A DNA stretch of 64,000 nt, taken from a virus (lineage: Duplodnaviria; Caudoviricetes). The stretch spans positions 32,001 to 96,000 of the IMG/VR virus record IMGVR_UViG_3300013121_000018. The stretch is one strand, 5' to 3'. How positions within the stretch are numbered: the first letter of the stretch is position 1; every line of letters begins with the position of its first letter. Made by a program: the position numbers and the translations under genes. Below, in pieces: positions 37,532 through 49,200 of the stretch. The notes under the pieces are model-generated. The model did not search any database. It was not told the DNA's origin and saw only the letters and a program-made list of their open reading frames with translations.

Positions 37532-38342
37532 ATTCAAAAAAAGATTTGCAAGAATCAGAAGCAAGCATCCTTCACATGCTCCACTTCGGGCAGCCATTCC
37601 TATAGATACCAAAGCTGTTGTAAGATTTGGTAGTACTACAGAAATGCCATCAGAATTCATTGAAATTAATCATAAAGATGTTGCTAGAATATCAGGTAAT
37701 AAACTGAAGATGAAACAAGCTTTTGATGAAGCTGGTGCTCAAACAGCCGTATGGATTAATCCAAGGTTATGTACAGGCACATCAGGTACAACTGTAGCAA
37801 ATGAATGTGCTAAATTAGGATTTCCAATTGTGGCAAAACATATATTTGGTTCTCAAGGTAAAGGCAACACTCTAATTAAATCAGAAGAAGAACTTTCAGA
37901 ATATTTGCAGGGTAAAACAGTAAACAATTATATCTTTGAAAAGTTTTATAACTACAGCAGAGAATATCGTTTACATGTTGATGCAGAAGGTTGTTTCTAT
38001 GCTTGTAGAAAGATGCTTAAATCAGATACTCCAGCAGAAGAAAGGTGGCACAGACATTCTGATACATCTGTATGGATTGTAGAAGAAAACGAAATGTTTC
38101 AAAGACCTAATACATGGGATGATATTGTAGAAGATTGTGTTGCTATTCTTAATGAAATCGGTGCTGATTTTCTTGCATTTGATGTTAAAGTCCAAAGTGA
38201 TGTAGACTCTAAAGGTTATCCTCGTGACAGACAAGAATATATCATCATTGAAGCAAATTCAGCTCCTTCATTGGGGGATAAAGGAATTGAAATCTACAAG
38301 AAAAGAATACCGCAAATGATTAAAAGAAAGACCGCCGTATGA
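37521..38342 (+). CDS. ATP-grasp amidoligase (phiEco32-like)
   Basis: VVRFGS, NKLKMK, FPIVAK..GSQGKG, EYRLHV, AFDV, IIEANSAP. Confidence 0.88.
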   Translation: MKTKFKKRFARIRSKHPSHAPLRAAIPIDTKAVVRFGSTTEMPSEFIEINHKDVARISGNKLKMKQAFDEAGAQTAVWINPRLCTGTSGTTVANECAKLGFPIVAKHIFGSQGKGNTLIKSEEELSEYLQGKTVNNYIFEKFYNYSREYRLHVDAEGCFYACRKMLKSDTPAEERWHRHSDTSVWIVEENEMFQRPNTWDDIVEDCVAILNEIGADFLAFDVKVQSDVDSKGYPRDRQEYIIIEANSAPSLGDKGIEIYKKRIPQMIKRKTAV

Positions 38343-38770
38343 ACGTAAAATGCAAACTTATTAATCCAGAAATCAATACTAAAATACCCATTTATAGCAA
38401 GCCTGGTGATGCCGGGCTTGACTTTTGGGCTACAAGTGAAAGTTTGACTAAGAATGTAGAATATGGTTATATTGAATACGGAACCAATATTGCTGTAGAA
38501 ATTCCTGAAGGATTTGTAGGATTGTTATTTCCAAGAAGTTCTATTTCAGAAACAGGTTTAATTCTTGCAAATTCTGTAGGAGTTGTTGATTCTGGTTACA
38601 GAGGTGAGATTAAATTTAGATTCAAGTATATTCCTGAAACAAAAAAATATAAAGTGGGGGAAAGGGTGGGACAAATGGTGATAATGCCATATCCACAAGT
38701 AGAATTTGAATTAGTGGAGGAACTATCTTCTACTGATAGAGGTGAGGGTGGATTTGGTAGTACAAATTAA
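38339..38770 (+). CDS. dut: trimeric dUTPase
   Basis: AGLD, PRSS, GVVDSGYRGE, GQMV, RGEGGFGST. Confidence 0.95.
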   Translation: MNVKCKLINPEINTKIPIYSKPGDAGLDFWATSESLTKNVEYGYIEYGTNIAVEIPEGFVGLLFPRSSISETGLILANSVGVVDSGYRGEIKFRFKYIPETKKYKVGERVGQMVIMPYPQVEFELVEELSSTDRGEGGFGSTN

Positions 38771-38776
38771 TTATAA

Positions 38777-38808
38777 GGGTTATGGCGCTTCGCTGTAACC
38801 CCCTTTTT
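38777..38808 (+). terminator. terminator of the + strand arm
   Basis: gggttatggcg-ctt-cgctgtaaccc + T tract. Confidence 0.8.
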
Positions 38809-38821
38809 GACATAGCGGAAT

Positions 38822-38854
38822 AAAAAAAGGGAAGTACTCCTAAGAATACTCCCC
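38822..38854 (-). terminator. terminator of the - strand arm
   Basis: On - strand ggggagtattc-ttag-gagtacttccc + T7. Confidence 0.8.
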
Positions 38855-38875
38855 CTATGAAAAGATTGATGACTA

Positions 38876-41800
38876 TTACTCGTCTTCAAATGCTTCGCTT
38901 ATTAAAGGTTCATCTAGAACCCGTGTTTTTTGCCAATCCGGAATTAATTGTAATGAGAACAATGTTGGTACAAATTTAGCAATTTTATGTTTAAATCTAG
39001 ATTCTCCTGAATATGGGCCGGCTTCGTATTCGTCTTCACCAATTACAAGTTTACCTGTAGCATTAAATAGATTTGCTGTATCATCTAGCAACTTTAACAT
39101 TGGTACAGCATTCTGTGCAAAATTTGACATCTGAAAAGGATTAGAAAATAGCTCCAAGTCTGCACTTTGACGTAATAGATTATTTACAATTACATTATGT
39201 GCAATTCTTCTCATACTGTCTTTTTCATCATCATCATCAAACAAGAATAATTTTGCAAGAATATATGATGTAAATAACATTAAAAGTATTTGAAGTTCTT
39301 GCATGTTTTGTCTTAACATAGCAGCATCTACTTCAGAAAACTTTTCATCAAAATTAGTCTTCTGAAACATTAATTTTCTTACAAGTTGTTTAGCATTAAA
39401 TACTAAATCTTGCCCGAAAGACATATCTGTTTCATTCTTACCAAGATACTTACCTAAAGCGAATCCAATACCACTACCAATACCAGGCATAATAATTGTG
39501 CCTATAGCAGCACCAAATATAGCTGCCCCACCAGAAGAATAAGAACGATACCTACCTTTAGTTGTTACTCCTGTTAACAAAGAAGTTCTTTCATTACCAA
39601 ATCTAGAATTAATAGCTTCTGGAAGCCATGTCTTAAATTGTGTAGCTGCTCTACCAAGAGCATACTTCTTTACACGCATTCTTGATAGATTGGAATAATC
39701 ACCATGAGTTTGACGAATAATATCCTCCATAGCAAGTTTAAACTGTGTAATATCGTCTCCGATACCAGTTTCCCATTGCATGTTTTCATCTGTTTTAAAA
39801 TCTTCTAAAAGATTACCAGATTCATCTAGTGCATTCCATACAGATGATTTATTTCCGTTTTTATCAGTAATAAATGTATTTCTTAGTCTTGCAATAACTA
39901 AAGGAGATTGGTTGAAGTATTCTGTTCTTTGTACAATATGATATGGAGTCAGTTTCTGAAACTTACCCGATACGTTACCAACAGAAGCTTTAAACAATTC
40001 TGATGTAGGTACTTGCAGAATATCCAATCTGTCCATAATAGACTTAGTTTTATCTGCAGTTCCAGCAACTACTTTATTAAAAGTAAGAAACTTCAATGAA
40101 CTGAAAAACATTTGTCTAAGACCATACATATAGTCTGACATAGAAAAATATCTTCCGTCAGATGCCGTAATAAGATTAGACCATAAACCTGCTAAAAGGT
40201 TTCCCATCTGGGCAGGAACGTTCCATCCCATAGACTTTAACTGAATCCATCGTAATCCGGCATCAGTAACACCGCTTCCTGTGATATACCCACCAAGTTT
40301 TTCTTCTTCTAGTCTTAATACTGATGCGTTTGTCAATAACAAAAGTAATTTCTTCAGTTCATTGATTTCATCAACATCTGTTGTTGACCGCATTGCAATA
40401 TCAACTTCTACAACTTCTGCAGCTAAAGCAGTACTGTCCATTTTCTTATACTTCTCAGGTATATTCATCTTCTGAATAACAGAATCTATTTCAGATTTTT
40501 CCTGTTTATCTGTAGCATTTAATACCGCCTTTTTAGATAACGGCATTTCTATAAGATTTGTAGGTCTGTTTAAGAAGAAATCTAATTGGTGTGCCATTTG
40601 TTTATTGGCATTTTCCCTTTCTCCAAACTTTTCAGCTTCTCCAAAATCATTTTTCTTAATTATCCCAAATATGTTTGTTGTTTCCGCAGCTTTTACTTTA
40701 GAGTATTCTTTTTGTAATACAGATAAAGTAGGTATAACCCTTTCTTTATGTTCTGCCATTACAACGTATGCTGTAAACAATTTTAGAATCTTTCCTAAAT
40801 CATGCGAAGACTTCTTTGCAACATCATCTTTAGCTTGTTCTAACAGGTCAGAAAATTCTTGTGCTGTGGGTTCCCTTTCATTTTTTGCAACAAAATCTGC
40901 ATATAAAAGTTTTTCCCTTTTTCCTACAAGTTTATTTCTTTCATTCAATCCTAAACCAGAATAATTGTATTTCAAATCAGTTTTTCCGGTTACAGGGTCT
41001 TTCATATCTACAGATGTAGCAAGATTTTCTTTATCCGATAAAACGTCAATAATGCTATTCCACATATCAGTGGTCATTGCAGATAAGTTCTTATCTAAAA
41101 GAAGTTCAGAAAATTCCTGTTTAAACAAGGGTAATTGCATCGGCCCTTGTTTAACATCTGGTGGTAACATTGCATTCAGTGTTTGAAGCAACGTAAACAC
41201 ATTTTCATAGAATTTATTTAACGTAGAATTTGCAGAAATCCTTCTGTAGTTTTCATCATAATATTCATTTTTATCTTTAGGAACAAATAGCAAATAATTT
41301 TGTCCTTGAGAACCAAATATTTGATTGTTGCCGTCCATAATAGGAGTGGCATCAATTCTTTCTTTAATTCCATGAAAAGGGTTATTCCTAAATACATAGT
41401 AATTCTTTACTTCATCAACATTTTGAATATTAGGATTGTTCTCAATATTTGCAAAACTTGTTTCTTCAGCAGCAATATATTCTTCTAATTGTTCAATTTG
41501 CTGTTTTAACATTTGCCTGTACATCTTCTCACCTACAAGAGATATAATCTCCTGTTTATGATTTTCATCATTAGGTTGTCTAAATTTGGCAAACTTATTT
41601 TGCATTTCAGGATCCATTAAATCCCACAAATCATCAAGTTTTCTTATATCAAATGTAACAGCATTTTCTCTATACCAAGCATCAATACCTTTTTGCGCTT
41701 CAGTTATATCAGATAAGACTTGTTTTCTTACAGTCTTGTCCTTATTGGTATAGTAAGTCTTCCACATAGACTTTATTGCTCTCCAATGTCTTTTGGTAAC

Positions 41801-42766
41801 AGCATTTCTATCAGAATAAAACTTATTAGAAACCTGTGAAATAAGATTTCCAGTTTCTTTTCCATTAACTTTTTCAAAGAAAATATCAAAAGTTTTAGAA
41901 CCAGTATATCCTAAAGAATTTAATTCTTTTATAGCTTCTTGTGTCAGAGCATCTAATTTAGATGTTTTATCTTTTATTTCAGAGGTAGCTTCTTCATTTG
42001 TTTTGGCCATATGGTAAAACATAAGTTCTGCTAGAATACTTTGTTCTCCTGATACTATACCTGTTTTAGATACGTTTAAGAAATCTCTAGTAAATTTATC
42101 TATATCTGGAATAGCTTCTACAAGTTCAGCATAAGTAAATTTCTTTCCAAGCTTTTGTTGAATATCTTTATTGCTATTAATGTGATTAACAAGTCGTTCT
42201 TGCAACAAGGTTTCCAAATCTAAAGAATACTTTGATACACCGGCAGCCATACTTGTAAGTATATTGATATTCTCTGGACTTAGTTTTACCAAAGCATCTC
42301 TTTCAAATATAGGATTGTTTTCATCAATACTTCCAATTGCTCTATAAAACTTTATGATATTTTCTGCTTCTTGAATTTCAGTAAATGCTTTAGGATTCTT
42401 TCTAATCATTGATATGTATGTATTTAATGTTTCAATATCAGATTTATACATTACATTGAATACATAATCAATAGTCTTAGAATTATTAAATCCATGAAGT
42501 TGCTCTTCTATTTTCTTAATAGCATCTTCTTTCTGTTTTGCAAATATTTGAAGTTCTTTTCTTTTAGCAGTATTTTTTTCATTAGAAATTTGAAAACGAA
42601 TATCATTAAGTTCCTTTTGTCTCCTACCAAGTGTTTGTTTCTTAGAAGAAACTATATTTTCCCATTTTGTATTTATTACTGTTGGAGAACTCATGTAATC
42701 TGAATAAAGTTCTTTCAATTCAGATTCAGTATATTCTTTTCCATTATGAATAAATTTACAATTCAT
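38876..42766 (-). CDS. large internal virion (ejected cargo) protein
   Basis: 1296 aa, helical, Gly-rich hydrophobic segment near C-terminus; downstream of the virion RNAP as in crAss-like phages. Confidence 0.7.
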   Translation of the reverse strand: MNCKFIHNGKEYTESELKELYSDYMSSPTVINTKWENIVSSKKQTLGRRQKELNDIRFQISNEKNTAKRKELQIFAKQKEDAIKKIEEQLHGFNNSKTIDYVFNVMYKSDIETLNTYISMIRKNPKAFTEIQEAENIIKFYRAIGSIDENNPIFERDALVKLSPENINILTSMAAGVSKYSLDLETLLQERLVNHINSNKDIQQKLGKKFTYAELVEAIPDIDKFTRDFLNVSKTGIVSGEQSILAELMFYHMAKTNEEATSEIKDKTSKLDALTQEAIKELNSLGYTGSKTFDIFFEKVNGKETGNLISQVSNKFYSDRNAVTKRHWRAIKSMWKTYYTNKDKTVRKQVLSDITEAQKGIDAWYRENAVTFDIRKLDDLWDLMDPEMQNKFAKFRQPNDENHKQEIISLVGEKMYRQMLKQQIEQLEEYIAAEETSFANIENNPNIQNVDEVKNYYVFRNNPFHGIKERIDATPIMDGNNQIFGSQGQNYLLFVPKDKNEYYDENYRRISANSTLNKFYENVFTLLQTLNAMLPPDVKQGPMQLPLFKQEFSELLLDKNLSAMTTDMWNSIIDVLSDKENLATSVDMKDPVTGKTDLKYNYSGLGLNERNKLVGKREKLLYADFVAKNEREPTAQEFSDLLEQAKDDVAKKSSHDLGKILKLFTAYVVMAEHKERVIPTLSVLQKEYSKVKAAETTNIFGIIKKNDFGEAEKFGERENANKQMAHQLDFFLNRPTNLIEMPLSKKAVLNATDKQEKSEIDSVIQKMNIPEKYKKMDSTALAAEVVEVDIAMRSTTDVDEINELKKLLLLLTNASVLRLEEEKLGGYITGSGVTDAGLRWIQLKSMGWNVPAQMGNLLAGLWSNLITASDGRYFSMSDYMYGLRQMFFSSLKFLTFNKVVAGTADKTKSIMDRLDILQVPTSELFKASVGNVSGKFQKLTPYHIVQRTEYFNQSPLVIARLRNTFITDKNGNKSSVWNALDESGNLLEDFKTDENMQWETGIGDDITQFKLAMEDIIRQTHGDYSNLSRMRVKKYALGRAATQFKTWLPEAINSRFGNERTSLLTGVTTKGRYRSYSSGGAAIFGAAIGTIIMPGIGSGIGFALGKYLGKNETDMSFGQDLVFNAKQLVRKLMFQKTNFDEKFSEVDAAMLRQNMQELQILLMLFTSYILAKLFLFDDDDEKDSMRRIAHNVIVNNLLRQSADLELFSNPFQMSNFAQNAVPMLKLLDDTANLFNATGKLVIGEDEYEAGPYSGESRFKHKIAKFVPTLFSLQLIPDWQKTRVLDEPLISEAFEDE

Positions 42767-42779
42767 TATTTTCTATTTA

Positions 42780-42865
42780 GGGCCATTTTAAGACGTTTTG
42801 CAGACAGAAAAGGTCTTGAGCAGTACTTACTACTACTCAAGACCAAGAATGTCTTAAATCGGCTT
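42780..42865. repeat. nested inverted repeat (hairpin B)
   Basis: tttaagacgttt...gaatgtcttaaa enclosing ggtcttgag...ctcaagacc. Confidence 0.75.
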
Positions 42866-42872
42866 ATATAGG

Positions 42873-43286
42873 CTAATGTAAGTTTTTAAGCTTATATAAA
42901 GTTGTATATAACAATTCTAGAATATTATCTATTAATTGTTGTAGATAACCTTCAGTCAGTGTTGATCTGAAGGAGTTTACTTTAGGAACACATTGTTCCA
43001 AGTAAGAAGTAAAATCTGAACCTTCTGCAATCATACCGCAGTTGTATCCAGTAATTATTCCATATTGCCCTTGATAAGCCTCTGCAAACGCATCTGCTGC
43101 ATCAACAATTCCATCATACAATTCATTTAGTGCCTTATGTGCAGCAAACGATTGTGTCTGTAAATGTGCAATATGAGCATTGGTTCTTATTTCAAATAGT
43201 AATGAAATAAAACCACCAGCAGAGGATGATGGAGCAGATTGCTTTGTCATCATCCCCTGCAGTTGTGTTTTTGTAAGTAATGCCAT
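42873..43286 (-). CDS. ferritin/Dps-like protein (DUF5856-like)
   Basis: AHIAHLQTQSFAAHKALNELYDGI...D.FAEAYQG. Confidence 0.75.
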   Translation of the reverse strand: MALLTKTQLQGMMTKQSAPSSSAGGFISLLFEIRTNAHIAHLQTQSFAAHKALNELYDGIVDAADAFAEAYQGQYGIITGYNCGMIAEGSDFTSYLEQCVPKVNSFRSTLTEGYLQQLIDNILELLYTTLYKLKNLH

Positions 43287-46200
43287 TATTTACATTTTTT
43301 TTGTAGTGAATCTCTAAAATCTTCAAATGTTGTAGTGGAGGGTGATTTATTCATCCATTTTTCAAAATCTTTATCTGTATATCCACCACCGTCTTCATCA
43401 AATCTTAATTGTCCTGTTTCATCATTATCAGATTTAGTCTTTTTTCCTAATCCTGCTAGAAAACCAGCAGAAGGTGCTGTTTCTACATTTACTGATTGCT
43501 TTTTAGATTCTTCCGCTAATTTATTTAAACCTACAAGAAACTTTATATCATAACCAGGATCTTTTTTAGAAATTTCAACAATCTTTTGAGATACTTTTGG
43601 AATACTCAACATTTGTCCTTTAGCTGGAGTTTCTATAATTAATCCATCTGGAAAAGTAAATTTATAAAATTTATCATTAACTGTTTCAGTATAATCTATT
43701 TTAGGTTTTCCTAATGCATCTAATACAATATTTTTATAAGTTTCTCTTAACTGCTCCGATACATTTGTAGGATTATAATTGTAAACAGAGATTTGTGGCT
43801 TCAATCCACTTAAAAACACATCTGAAACTTCTGTTTTAGTTTGTAAAACTTCGCCTTCAATAAGATTAAGTACTTGATTTACGGCTTGAGCAGTTACACT
43901 TTCTGGAAGAATACCTGTTCTTGTTAACAATCTTTTAATTAGATTGAAGAATCTTTCAAGAATTGATAAATCAAATCCTTCAGCTTTAGTCTGACCTAAT
44001 TCTTTCTGAAATTCCGGTTCTGTCATAATTTGAGTTACAAATTCTTCAACACCAGAAATATCATTGTCATGTGTTAATACACCATAGAATCTTTGTCTGT
44101 TAACTTCAGATAAAGTTTTGTTCTTCTTGAAATCTTCAGCTACCTTAGCAATATTTTCTGCACCATATTTATCTGCTAGAACCTTTCTTGCTTGAGTTTT
44201 AAGCTTTAGAAGATTCTTTTTAATATCTGTATTACCAGGTTCACGAAGTTTCTTTATTGTAAGCTTATGCAAAAACTCATGTAAAATTGCTCTTTCAAAT
44301 TCTTCTGTTGAAGAAAACTTATTACTCAATTCAATTTTATTAGCATTGAAAAAATATCTAGCTTCATTTAACCCTAAAGATTTATTAACTACAATTTCTA
44401 TTTTGTTATCAGCAGCAAATTTATCAAAATATTCAGCTAAATTCTTGAAGTTTTCATTTGCAGATTTTAATGCAATTGATTTTAATATACTACTAATAGA
44501 ATCTCCATTATCGTAATGATATGAAATTATATCAGCTTTTTTATCAGGAACTACTTGTTGAGAAGATTTGACTTTAGATTCTGGTTCGATGTATGTTTGA
44601 TTATACATTTCATTAAGAATCTCAGATAAAGCCCTTGCTTGATTAATTTCTGTATTTGCAAAAGTATCTGTTAAAGTTCTTCCATAGGCTCTTTCAGACA
44701 ATTCCTTCATTAACTCAGGATTTTGGTCAGCCCAAGCTTTCCATAATCCTTTATAATATTTCCAAGAATCTTCTCTAGATATATTGTACTTAGGTGGTTT
44801 TCCTTTTCCTTCACGAATAGTATCATACCCTTTTATACCAACTTGATATAATTCTTCAATAGAACTTTCTTTATTTGTCAATACATGTCCTCTCTGCGTA
44901 AGAATACTTGTTTTAGGTTTTAATTTCGCATTAAAAGCACTAAATCTAGTATCTCCCTTAGAAGATACTTCATAATTTTTATCTGCTCTTCTTGCCCAAG
45001 TATACGTCATATCTTTTTTCTGCAAAGATACAACATTTTCCTTATTTACCGAAACATTATTTACAATACTTTTAACAAAATTCTGACCAAGTTGATATTC
45101 ATTCATTCCAAATACACCAAGAATAGGTATTCTATGATATGTACCATCTTGTAACAATTCAAAAAGTCTCCAACGATTCTTTTTATTAACTGTATTAAGA
45201 TTATCTATGTAATATGAAACATACTTAACTTCACCGTATTTTTCAACAAACGATTGTGTTGCTGTAAAAGATTCTGCTTTAACAATATCCGGCCCTTTAA
45301 TACCTGTCATTTCACTTAACATTTCCATAGGGATTTGTGTAGTCTTTCCAGGGTTATGTTGGAAGTATTGTCTTTCAAAACCTACATACAGTTCTTCATC
45401 ATTCGCCATTATACGCTTGTTAATATCTCTAGAATATTGATTTGTACCAGAAATTTCTAGAACTTCATTAGGAATGAACTTAACAAACTGTGTTGCTTGT
45501 TGAATAGGATCACCAGCATAAGCATACAATGTAAGATACTGCATAAGTTTTCTGGTAGTCATTTCTTCACCATTAAAATCAGGCAACGTTTTATTATCAG
45601 AAAATAAACTAAATGCAGCATCGTAGATAATATTTTCATCAATATCATCTGCAGCAGCATTATTATAGCTTATTCTTGATGGAAGACCTGTATTAACAAC
45701 ATGTGTTTCCAACCTATTGATAAAACTATTATTCATCAAAGGTTTAATATCATTAATATAAGACGCTAAAGATTGATTTTCATCTGTATCAAAGAACAAT
45801 TTCTTTCTTACATCTTCAACTTCTTCTGTTGATAACCCTGAACCACGAACATCTGAGTATATTGCACGTTTAAATTCTGTTAAAACATGTGATTGTAAAT
45901 CAGCAAGCTTTGTAATAGAAGCGTCGTTATCAATCCTAGAATGTTCAAGAATAGAATTAACTACTCCCATAAAACCAGACTGTTGATACGGAAATAAATG
46001 TTTCCACATATTAAATGCAGAACCTAATCCATATGCTAATGCAGAACCAGAAATATGTGAAGGCTTAATTCTAAATTTACCGAAGGCAACAAAATCTTTT
46101 GCCCTTGGAGTATCTTTGATAGCATTCCATTCAGGACTGTTATCTTCTAGTACAACACCAATAAGTTCAGAAACATTAGAAATACTTCCACCATTAATAG

Positions 46201-49200
46201 TTTTACCTGCTTTAACAACAGCTTGAATTACTTCAGGAATAGATTTACCAAAGCCTCTAGAATCAATATTCATGATTTGCTGAACTTTAGCAATTTCTTT
46301 ACCATAGAAATCAGCAACTAAAAATAAATCTAAAGCTCTTCCTTGTAAATTATGAAAGGCATTAACTCTTGCTTCATAAGTAGCATCACTTTCACCTTCT
46401 TCTTTTACAGGAAAATTAAGAGATTGTGTTAATCTTTCAGATGTAATACTTGCAGTTGCATCAAAGAAGTCTTTACCTAAATCGTTCTTAAAACCTAAAT
46501 CCACATTGGAATGTGTATTATACTTGGTTAAAAGTTTATCAATAAGTTTTGCTTCAAAATCAGGATCATACTCGGATAAAGCAGACATCTGTTTCTTCAT
46601 CATCTGAACATAGTCTTTAACTATTGGTTGAGACAATAACATATATCTAATATTATTTCCGTCTTTTCCTTTATCAAAACCTAAAAGTCTTAATGTTCTT
46701 TCAGCAGCAAATGTTAAATCGTTTATATTCAATTTACCAAAGGCTTGAACAGAAGCGTTGTCAACTGCAGCGTTTTGCATTTCAGAGTTTGCAACAGAAA
46801 TATATTCTTTTTTATCCAGAGTTTGTTCTAAACCAAGTTTACCAACAGATTTTACATTGTCGATTTTAAGAGATAATGGCTTGCCTTCTTTGGTCATCAA
46901 TGTAAGTGGTGAACCAGTTGTATTTGCAATTTGTGCAATACTATGAAAGGTTACATCCAAAGATGTTGTACCTACACCAATCTTACCAGAAGCAAGTTGT
47001 ATAAGTTTATCCCTTTGCCATGTATCATTCAATAAGGTTCTATACTTACGTTTAGACGTTTTAGAATCTACAAGTTCTGCTTGTTTCTCAATATGGTCTG
47101 TAGTTAATGGTCGTAGTATCTGCTCCTGAACAACTTTGTTATTGTTAGACATAACACTATGATGAATGTCAATAATATCATTTTTTAATTGTTTAGTTTC
47201 GTCAGAATTATCTACAACTATTTTAGTCGATTCATACAGAGATTCTTTTAATGCTATTACCTCTTTTAATATTCCTGAAAATTCTCTACCTGCAGATTTA
47301 ATAGTTTTTATTCTAGTAAGGACTTCATCAATACTTGAAAACTTATCTTTCAGTAAAACATTGTATTCTTGTAATACTTTTTTAACTTCAGAATAAAATT
47401 CAAAATCATCTGGATATTTACTTCTTAAAGAATTATCACCTTTTATAAAACGTGAACTATTAATGTCAGATAACAATTCTGTCGATGCTGTGAGAATAAA
47501 ACTCTTTACATCTTCTTTAGATGTAAGTTCAGCAATATTTTCTCTGTTCGCTTCATGAAATTTATTTTCCTGAATATTAAAGAAATTATCTGCATATTCT
47601 ACAAGTTCATCCCATTGTTTGGCATCTTCTGAATTAAGATATTGTTTAAGTTCCGGTAATTGCTTTGAAAGCTCTTTTAAAGTTTTCTTAGTTTCTGCAG
47701 TGAATTCTACAGTATGATATTTCATATAAGTGTATAACTTATCAATATCGAACCTTATGTTCCCGATGATTCGTTATGTCATCGGCGGAATTAAATCCAG
47801 CTACACATTTCTGTGCAGAGCAGACTATATCATTACCTTCATCTACTTGATTATCAAGTTCTGGTAAGGTACTCCCCATTTCCATCCACTTGGATGTACT
47901 ATGTTGTTTATCAAAATGAATTTTGTATTTCATACAATCAGGAATATAATCTTTTATAATTTCAATAAATTTCTTCCCCTCCTGCGTTCCGCAACATAAA
48001 GAATAAAATTTACCTTTTTCCATAAAAGTATAAAAGTTAATATCCCAATAATCTTTAAAGTAATTAATAACAATTTCTGCTTCTTCTTTAGTTCTAAAGC
48101 AGGTGGATATTTTAATATAAAACCCTATAATACGTTGCTTATCTTTAGTATATCGCATATTTAGATGTCCATCATCCATATACCATATAGCCAATCCTTG
48201 AGCATCCAATCTTTTAAGAAGTTTTATATTTACAAATCTTTTTTGAGGTATGTATAATATTCTTCTTAAAAGTTTAATAAAAGGTTTTATAGAAAGTTGT
48301 GTATAATACACAGTTGTTCCTACAGCATAACCTTTAGACTGTATATAAGTTTTTATTCCACTGTTTTTAATATGGTATTTGTTTAGTAAATCAACTTTAT
48401 ATTTTAAATAATCTAGTTGATTTTGGCCATGTGCCATTTTAAAAACATAATTGTTGGAGATTGTACCATCTCCTATAGCCATTGCTATTAATAAATTACG
48501 TTGTGATTTATTCATTTTTGAATTAGTTTTCTATTAAAGAAACTTTTTATTATTATTTAGTCGTTACACTTTATTTCATTTTTCAATGAAATCTTAGCTC
48601 GGTATTATCTTCAGCATTATCTGGTCAGACTTTCACCGAATTAAAGGAGTTTTTCATTACTTATTTCTAAGTAAGCGGACAATTACGGGTTATCCGAACC
48701 CATTTGCTTTGTAAAATCTCTAGGAGCAATTACTAAGTCACCAGATTCTTCTGGAAGAAAACCTACAATTTCAATTCCAGACATAGACATTAAGCCTGAT
48801 GTTGGAATACGGAAACCAAATATCTTTAAAAGCGATGGGTCTAATTTATCATTATCTAGGATATATTTTCCATCAACCTTCTTGGCAAATTTCCTCATAT
48901 CAATCAAACGACCATTTTGTTTAAATCTAGATGGAACAAGTACCTGTGCAAAACCACCATTTTGTATAGCAGGTTTTAAGTATCCTTCCCATTTATCTGT
49001 ATAAACAATACTGTCATCTTCCGGTATAGTTTCAGAAACTTTAGTTTTAAATCCTTCTTCACTTCCAAGAACAAATGGAGAACCTGGCATAGCAATTTTA
49101 AGTACTCTATTCCTTACAATTGCAGTAAGCAAATTCTCATATCTATGATGTGATGCAGATAACCACAAAGGAAGTGCAAGTTCACCATCATCTGTGACAG

